A stretch of DNA of 64,000 nt from Octopus vulgaris (Eukaryota). Under the pieces are notes generated by a model. The model was given only the letters and a program-made list of their open reading frames with translations. It did no database searches and was not told where the DNA came from. Made by a program: the position numbers and the translations under genes. The stretch covers positions 10,168,001 to 10,232,000 of the forward strand of contig OX597827.1 of the NCBI GenBank assembly GCA_951406725.2, given 5' to 3'. Shown here piece after piece: positions 55,884 through 64,000 of the stretch. Position 1 is the stretch's first letter, and each line of letters opens with the position of its first letter.

Positions 55884-57477
55884 TATACAACATTGTACTG
55901 AAATACATATAATTGAAATGGCATTGTGAGAATTATATGAATGTGATCATGTTTAATAAGTAAAAATAATTTATGTCCGACAGAATAAAGAATCCTGCTA
56001 AACATGTAAAATAAATATTTTCGAATTTTGCTAGAATACCATCAATTTTAGAGGAAGGGGTTTGTCCATCACATTGACCTCAGTGTTCTCTAGGTGCTTA
56101 TTTTATTGACTCCCAAAAGGATGAAAGGCAAAGTCAACCTTGGCAGAATTTGAACTCAGAACATAAGAGCCAGAAAAATATGTCCAACAGAATAAGGAAC
56201 TGTGCAAAACATGTAAAAAAAAACAAGAGGTTTCAGATTTTAACACAATGCCAGCAATTTTAAGGAAAGGGGTTTTGTCAGTTTTATTGAGCCTAGTGCA
56301 AAACTGGTACTTATTTTATCAACCCCAAAGGATGAAAGGCTATGTTGAGCTCAGTGGAATTTGAACTCTGAACATAGAGAACCAGAAGAAATACTGCTTA
56401 ATAATTTGTTATGTGTACTTGAGTTCTGGTACTGACAAACTGCTATAAATATAGAGGGAATGGTTAATGGTGAGTGAATAAACCGCAGTGAATGACTACT
56501 CGTTTTATTGACTCTAAAGAATGTCAAAGTCAATGTTGATAAGATATGAACTCAAAATATAAACAGTGAAAATAAATACTGAAATATTTTTGTTTTTGAA
56601 TTTGGTTTGCAAGATTCTTTATATGAGTTCAAAGGTTGCAAGATGCAACAAAAATTTTAGGACAATAAAAATAAGAAAAAAGTGGAAATTTTACCGGTGA
56701 GTGTGTTGAATAATAAGGCACAAAAAGAAAATGACCTTCCCCAGACACAACTAAATACTGAAAAACTATTAACATAATATTCTTGTATTTTTTATATGAT
56801 CCACCAACTGAAAATTGATAAATAAACTGATCCAGTAATCATGTCTATATATAGTTGTATGATTGCTAAAAATAGCATAAAAATCTCTCAAATCACATTT
56901 TACTAGCTATGAAAAAAAAAAAACGGACATTAAATAATACAGTCTGTGATATGCTAAGTATAAAAGTAATACTCATGATCAGGATATTTTTGATCAAAGT
57001 TTATTTTGATCAGGGTTCAACTGCAGCTAAATTAAAACCAGTAATAACAACAAAAATGAAATTAAATTAAATGCTAAAAGAAAATAAATTAAAAAGAAAA
57101 CAGACAACTGTAAAGGATTAGAAAAAATTATAGATAAGTAAAATACTTCAATTGCATGCCAGTTAATCATTTGTCAGAAATAATTAAAAAATATCCTCTC
57201 AAGTATTCTTAAACAACTTAGAATTCTTCAATCAGTGTTTCTTCTTCTTTGTTTGTTGATAAGTTTTAGTTTTAATCTATGCAATGCTGTGAGTATCAAA
57301 AATTTAATTAGAAACTGCTATGCTGTAATGAAAAAATTTAATTACCTCAATGACTATAGTTATCTTAATCATTTTGTAAATATGGGAGACAACTCTTGAT
57401 ATATTTTGTTCTTATAAGGCCTCTTCAATGAAGTATAGACTTCACTAGACTTGTTGATGAGAGAATTAGTGAACAGA

Positions 57478-59162
57478 TATTTTGCATAAGTGAACAGGAA
57501 AAATTAACATATTGTTTTATTTTTTAAAAATCAATCAATGAGATTGATTGTTGAGACATAACGATCTCATGAAAGGCAATAGTTAAGTTAGAGTCGATCT
57601 ACTTAGAATAGCAAGCATCAAATATCTTATTACAAATACTAAGGCGATGGAAGGAGGAGAAGGGTGACATACATTCATTTCTGAAAGAATTTTAACACAT
57701 TTTGAGATAATATAATAAAAACACTATCAATACAAATAACTTTATTATAACAGCTATCATTAGCAAAGATAGAAACATTTTTATTTCTATATTTGCATAT
57801 ATTTTATATTATGATATTGAATAATTTGTGTCGAAATGAATGTTGATTTAGCAAATTACATTGAATTTTCACCTGATGTGAGAAATATTATATGTTTGGT
57901 GATCATTATTCAGATTTGTCTAAACTAAAACAAATTTGTGTATTATTTTCATTTTAAATACTGATATTGCAACTTCACCATTTTAGGTATGCTTTCAAAA
58001 TACAGGCAAATATATTCGATGTAAAAGATATGTTTATTAATTATCTCACAGGTACACTAAATTATTAGGAGACACAGATAAATAATAATTTATAATTCCA
58101 ATACATAAAACACTAAGTCCATATGAATAAGTTTTTTTTTTTTTACTTGTCATGCTAGAAGAAGAAAACAACAGATGTATTGAGTGAGATGTGGGAGAGA
58201 AGCATAGGAAGTTTTTTAATGGGTAGTAGATAAGGTAAATAGATAAATGGAAATTTAACACAAAATAAAGGAGAAATAAAGAAATAAGCAGTCAATAGCT
58301 TGTGGAACAGGTAAGCATGCAAGCAGACAGTGAAATGTAGGAATGGTTCAGAAAATGCAACACAGACACACACACACACGTTTTATTTTTTTGTTTACTT
58401 GCTTCAGTTATTTGACTGCAGCCATGCAGGTGCACCACCATAAAGGGCTTTAGTCAGACAAATTGACCCCAGGACTTATTTTTGTAAACCTAGTACTTAT
58501 TCTATTGGTTTCATTTTGCTGAACTGCTAAGTTACATGGATGTAAACACATCAACGCTGGTTGCCAAGCAGTGATGGTGGGGACAAACACAGACACAAAC
58601 ATACACACATAGATATATACATATATTTACATATATACAATGGGCTTCTTTCAGTTTCTGTCAAGTAAATCCACTCACAATTATATATGTATGCACATAT
58701 TTATATGTATGTATACATAATAAAGTAATGAGATTCAAGATTATCATGTCACAGACAGGTGGCTAGCCCCTACAGTTGCTTGTAATGAAGGTATTTCATT
58801 GGTTGCTTGATGAAGCCATACATCCACTCACCATTTGACTTGAAACTATAGAAATGTTTTCATAGTTTCATATAATGAATACTTTTTGACAATGATCTTC
58901 CTGTACAAAAAAGGTAGAAAACTACCCGAAGACAAAGAACTCTGAACATCTTGAAGTTACATAACTTCTGTTTTTTGATTCCTTTGAAACATAAGCAGTT
59001 TGTAATTATTTACGTCTTTCCTTTTATTTATTGTCATATATATATATATATAATATGAGGGAATATTATATAATATGAGAGAATATTATTCCAAACTTAC
59101 AGGGAAAAATTCAATTTAGAAATACTAAATCAAATTTCACAAAATATAATATAATAATAATA

Positions 59163-59196
<34 letters not shown>

Positions 59197-59695
59197 AGCA
59201 GAGGAGGAAGCAGGTTAAGGAGGGGATCGACACCTTTGAGAGAGTATGTATTGTGCATGAAGAATTTAAGTGTGCTGCCCGAAAGCACACTGCTGGTGTA
59301 GAGAATTAGGAAAGCTTGGTTTGCAATGTTTTCAGTCATGTATGCCTGTCAAGAGCAGGGCTCATTAGCCACCAGCAGAGCTGCAAATGCAAAATGTAGG
59401 TTAGTCCTAGAGCACACAATGTTCCTGAGGGTCAGCAGTGGTCTTCCTCAGTCACAAGTGGAAGGCCATCATTATATATATATCATCATCATCATCATCA
59501 TCGTTTAGTGTCCGCTTTCCATGCTAGCATGGGTTGGATGGTTCAACTGGGGTCTGGGAAGCCAGAAGGCTGCACCAGGCCCAGTTTGATCTGGCAATGT
59601 TTCTACGGCTGGATGCCCTTCTTAACGCCAACCACTCCATGAGTGTAGTGGGTGGTATGTATGTATGTATGTATGTATGTATATATATATATATA

Positions 59696-59756
<61 letters not shown>

Positions 59757-59774
59757 AGTGTGTGTGTGTGTGTT

Positions 59775-59819
<45 letters not shown>

Positions 59820-60500
59820 ATATATATACATATGTATGTATATATATATGTATATATACATATGTGTATATATATATATATATATGTTCGTATGTAAGAG
59901 TGTGTGTGTGTGTGTGTGTGTTTGTGTGTGTATGTGTGTGTGTGTGTATAAAAACTCACCATACTGAATATGCTTTTGAAAGCATATCCTGAATAGTGAG
60001 GTGGCAATATGCGTATTTAAAATAAATATAATATATTACAAACTTGTTTTAGTTGGGGAAAATCTGTATTATGATCACCAAACAAACAATATTTTTCACA
60101 TCAGGTGAAAATTCAATGCAATTTGCTAAATCAACATTCGTTTCAACACAAATAATTCAATATTATGAAATAAAATAAATGCAAATATTGAATTAAAGTT
60201 GTTTCTATCTGTACTAATGATAGTTGCAATAATAAAGTTATTTGTATTACTAGTGTCATTAGTATGTTATCTTGAAATGAGTTAAACTTGCCACAAGCAT
60301 GATTTCATGTTGATTTTCTCCTCCACCTAAGAGGTATTTATAATACAATATTTGGTGCTTGCTTTATTAAATAGATTGACTCTAACTCAACTATTGCTTT
60401 TCTTGTGATTGTTATGTCTTGGCAATCAATTTCATTGATTGATTTTAAAAAAAAGATATAACAATATGCTAATTTTTCATGTCTGCTCATGTACAATATT
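57478..60500. repeat. Old inverted duplication, arms about 57478-58020 and 59960-60500
   Basis: For example AATGTTGATTTAGCAAATTACATTGAATTTTCACCTGATGTGA vs TCACATCAGGTGAAAATTCAATGCAATTTGCTAAATCAACATT. Confidence 0.85.
59483..59655 (-). mobile_element. Family D element, truncated
   Basis: Matches other copies. Confidence 0.8.
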
Positions 60501-61132
60501 GTACATCATATTGATTCATTCATCACTATACCACAAATTATATTGAAGCCTAATCTTTATTAAAAAGGTTTTATAAGAGTGGAATACCTTAGAAGTTATC
60601 TCCCATGTATGAAGAAATAGTTGAAAGAACCATATTTTTATATATGGGAGATAATGCTGAGACAACGCTGTCTTTTTCTCACCGCATAAATATTTTACAG
60701 TAAATTTTTGATATAGAGGCATTGAAAAATGACCGGGACCTTTAGCAATATGCTGTGCTGATGAAGAAGACCCATGAAGCCAAGGGAAATCATAGTCGTA
60801 GCAGATACTGGTGTCATGCAACTGGCATCTGTGCTGGAAACATGTAAAAGCACCCATTACACTCCTGGAGTGGTTGGCATTAGGAAGGGAATCCAAGTTT
60901 AGAAACTATGCCAGATCAGACTGGAGCCTGGTGCAGCCCCTCAGTTTACAAGCACTGGTCAAACCGACCAACCCATACAAGCATAGACAACAGACATTAC
61001 ATGATGATGTTACATGAAATACATTAAAGTGAAAATACCAATAATGGCATGCAATATATATATGATACCCAGTCTGCTGTAATGATTCTAAAATACAACA
61101 CTTAAAAACCTAATGTTATATCATTTTCATAC

Positions 61133-61215
61133 TCCTCTGAAGAGATTTTGTCTAATATAATGATGTTAGTTATTGCTATTTAATCTATTAAGCCTAATTG
61201 AAACAGCTGTAAGAG
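61133..61215 (+). ncRNA. Type I hammerhead-like motif, same family as 1159-1220
   Basis: CTCCT-CTGAAGA-GATT...AATT-GAAAC AGCT GTA-AGAG. Confidence 0.55.
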
Positions 61216-61701
61216 ACCATGTTTGATTTTTGAAGATAATAAATTTTTATTAAATATTAAATCTCCATTTTCTTACTTTCTTTTGAGTGATTATAGTCCA
61301 TGGTTTACATATACACCTATTGTTTTATGAATAATATTATTTTCACAAAACTAAGGAAAATAATTCCTTCGAAGGGGTGTGTGAAACATCTAATTCGCTG
61401 GTATACGGTGAATTCAGTGAATTGTCGGCCTTTTGATGTTATAATAGTTATTTTATGCTATCTTATGTTATATTATATTTATAGTATATTATGTTATATT
61501 ATAATATAAATAAATCATTGGATTGTCAATTGTATCTCTCTATTTAATTTTATCTTTAAAATCAAAATAAGCAAAAAGGATATCCAGAGGGAATACAGTG
61601 TGATCATTTCCAGCAACTCTATTTAATTGAACAAGGCAATCACTGCATCAATTTAAATGCAGAGCAATCCTCAGCTGCATAAAGACATAGAATTTAATTA
61701 A

Positions 61702-61921
61702 CCCTTTTGTTACTGTATTTATTTTGAGATGCTTTGTGTTTCTTTCAATTACTTTAAATATAACAAAGAATTTCGTAAAATGACTTGGTTATCATTCAGC
61801 TAGTGTTAGGAACATAAATTGTGACTAAGGGTTTTTGGAAGATTTTAATTCAAAACTTTTGAAAACTAGACATTTGTATTCAGAGCCAGAGTTGGTTTCA
61901 GCTTGGTTCGTAATGAAAGGG
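61702..61921. mobile_element. piggyBac-like MITE
   Basis: TTAA|CCCTTTTGTTAC ... GTAATGAAAGGG|TTAA. Confidence 0.75.
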
Positions 61922-62049
61922 TTAAATTAAAACAGATGGACACATTAGTATAATTATACCTAAAATTTCCAAGAAGGTAAGGAGATAGAGAACATGCTAA
62001 CTTCACTTCAGCTTAGTAGATTCTACATATATATATATATTTTTTTTTT

Positions 62050-62187
62050 TGGCGTTAGGAAGGGCATCCAGCCGTATAAACATTGCCAGATCAGACTGGG
62101 CCTGGTGCAGCCTTCTGGCTTCCCAGACCCCAGTTGCACCGTCCAACCCATAGCAGCATGGAAAGCGGATGCTAAACGATGATGATG

Positions 62188-62188
<1 letters not shown>
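62050..62188 (+). mobile_element. Family D element, truncated
   Basis: Starts at GGCGTTAGGAAGGGCATCC; (ATG)n tail. Confidence 0.8.
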
Positions 62189-62218
<30 letters not shown>

Positions 62219-62242
62219 TATACATACACATATATATTATAT

Positions 62243-62273
<31 letters not shown>

Positions 62274-62307
62274 ATACATACATACATACATACATGCATA
62301 CATACAA

Positions 62308-62338
<31 letters not shown>

Positions 62339-63747
62339 TCACATTTTAAAGGATTGTATTTTCTTTTTGTTATTCTTCCTTTTTCCTTGAGTCAAGCAGG
62401 CATGATGGGTCAATAAGTAAACATCTTCGCTTTGCCTTACCTATAATCGTTATGTTTGGTCTATTATTTTCTAATTTCTTGTCCATTTAAATAAGAATGC
62501 TATTATCATCATCATCATCATCATCATCATCATTATTATCATATCTTTTAACACAGCTAAGATCTTTAGCTGGATATGCAATAGGTACTCTTTATTAAGA
62601 CACGAACACAAACAAATAGCTATTTTTTCAGGATGTCAGCAAATCCAAGAAATACCAGTTTCTATAAAAATACAATTTTAGGTGTTTATAGTGTTATATA
62701 TAGCTTGTTGATGTATGCTGTTAACTCATTATGTCCCGTCTATTATTTTATAATCTCTTGTCCGTTTGAAAAGGAATATTATTATCATTAAAAAGAAACA
62801 TTATTATTTCTAAATCTCTCAAAGAGAACTATTCAGTAACAGTACTTTAAAGTAAAGAGTATTTGCCATATGGCAGTCCTGGATGGGATGAATGTTACTG
62901 TTGTTTAGCCCCAGGAAATGTCGTTTCCAGCTGGCTATACAACACAATATCTGTTTTCCTATATTTTCAAACAGGGGAGCTCAGCACCCCAATCCAGCAC
63001 AAAGCAACATCTGTGGGCTAGTTTCTGGGTTATTGTTCTTTATCAGCACAGAATAGTTGCTCGGCTAGACAATGCTGCTGAGTTCCCATTCGAAATTACT
63101 TAAATTTAAAAGTAACACACAGATACTGATCTAATAAAATAGAAACATTATTATTTCTAAATCTCTCAGAGAGAGATATTCAGTAACAACACCCAACAGA
63201 TTAGCCTGTTGGAAAAGAAAAGAATCCTAACATCGGGCTGCAACAAATTGCCTTAGATGAATAATACTTTTTTCTTTTGATTTGCATAATCTACATTGGG
63301 AAACTACTTAGTTTTTGTCTATTTTTGGTATGTATCCAATTAGTCCTTAAAGCTTGATCTTGTGCAGCTACTAACAAACTTCCTGCTTCAATCTTCAGCT
63401 TTCCCTTCTGCAGCCATAACCATGTCTCACAACTACTATTTGCAGAAATAGTATATTTCTACAAATAGTAGTTGTATATGTCTTTTATCTTTTTGGGATC
63501 AATAACATAAATACCAGTTGAGCACTGGGGTTGATGTAATCAACTTAGTCCCTTCCACAAAACTACTGACCTTGTGCCCAAATTTGAAGCTGGTAAATTA
63601 GCAGAGGCATGGCTGAGTGGTTAAGAAATTTGCTTTCCATCCATATGGTTTTCAGTTCAATCCCATTGTGTAATAAAATAAATTATTACCAGTGATCTAG
63701 CACAAAAGACAAATTAGTCATTAGACTATATGTACTTATATATATAT

Positions 63748-64000
63748 CATCATCATCATCATCATCATCGTTTAACGTCCGTTCTCCATGCTAGCATGGG
63801 TTGGACGGTTCGACCGGGGATCTGGGAAGCCAGAAGGCTGCACCAGGCTCCAGTCTTATCTGGCAATGTTTCTACAGCTGGATGCCCTTCCTAACGCCAA
63901 CCACTCCGTGAGTGTAGTGGGTGCTTTTTACGTGCCACCTGCACAGGTGCCAGGCGAGGCTGGCAATGGCCACGGTCAGATTGGTGTATTTTACGTGCCA
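63748..64000 (-). mobile_element. Family D element, runs off the window end
   Basis: Matches other copies. Confidence 0.8.

Noticed and set aside
59195-59470. GC-richer insert with RIRKAW, as a possible exon or RTE RT fragment
   Set aside because: Too degraded to assign by eye; stops and no clean splice sites.

Overview
AT-rich, microsatellite- and SINE-dense eukaryotic DNA. The repeat families and the protocadherin type point to an octopus (coleoid cephalopod); this is an inference. The only supportable protein-coding gene is a minus-strand protocadherin. One 2.4-kb exon (37027-34619) encodes the signal peptide, six cadherin repeats, the TM segment and the proximal cytoplasmic tail. It probably splices in phase 0 across about 15.6 kb to a 160-nt cytoplasmic exon (19047-18888). 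The rest is mobile DNA: several SINE families (working labels A, B, C, D, F), RTE-, CR1- and R4/Dong-like LINE ends, two mariner relics, piggyBac-, hAT- and other MITE-like elements, a non-autonomous Helitron and a degenerate tRNA-Leu(TAA). Unexplained signals: (i) dispersed type I hammerhead ribozyme motifs in Penelope/retrozyme-like units, two with complete cores (49040 and 55572); (ii) nested or long inverted repeats able to form dsRNA around the gene; (iii) chimeric SINEs inserted as units; (iv) several short local templated duplications. I found no new protein-based system. Nearly all other ORFs in the track are repeat artefacts. Family names come from pattern recognition, not database searches.
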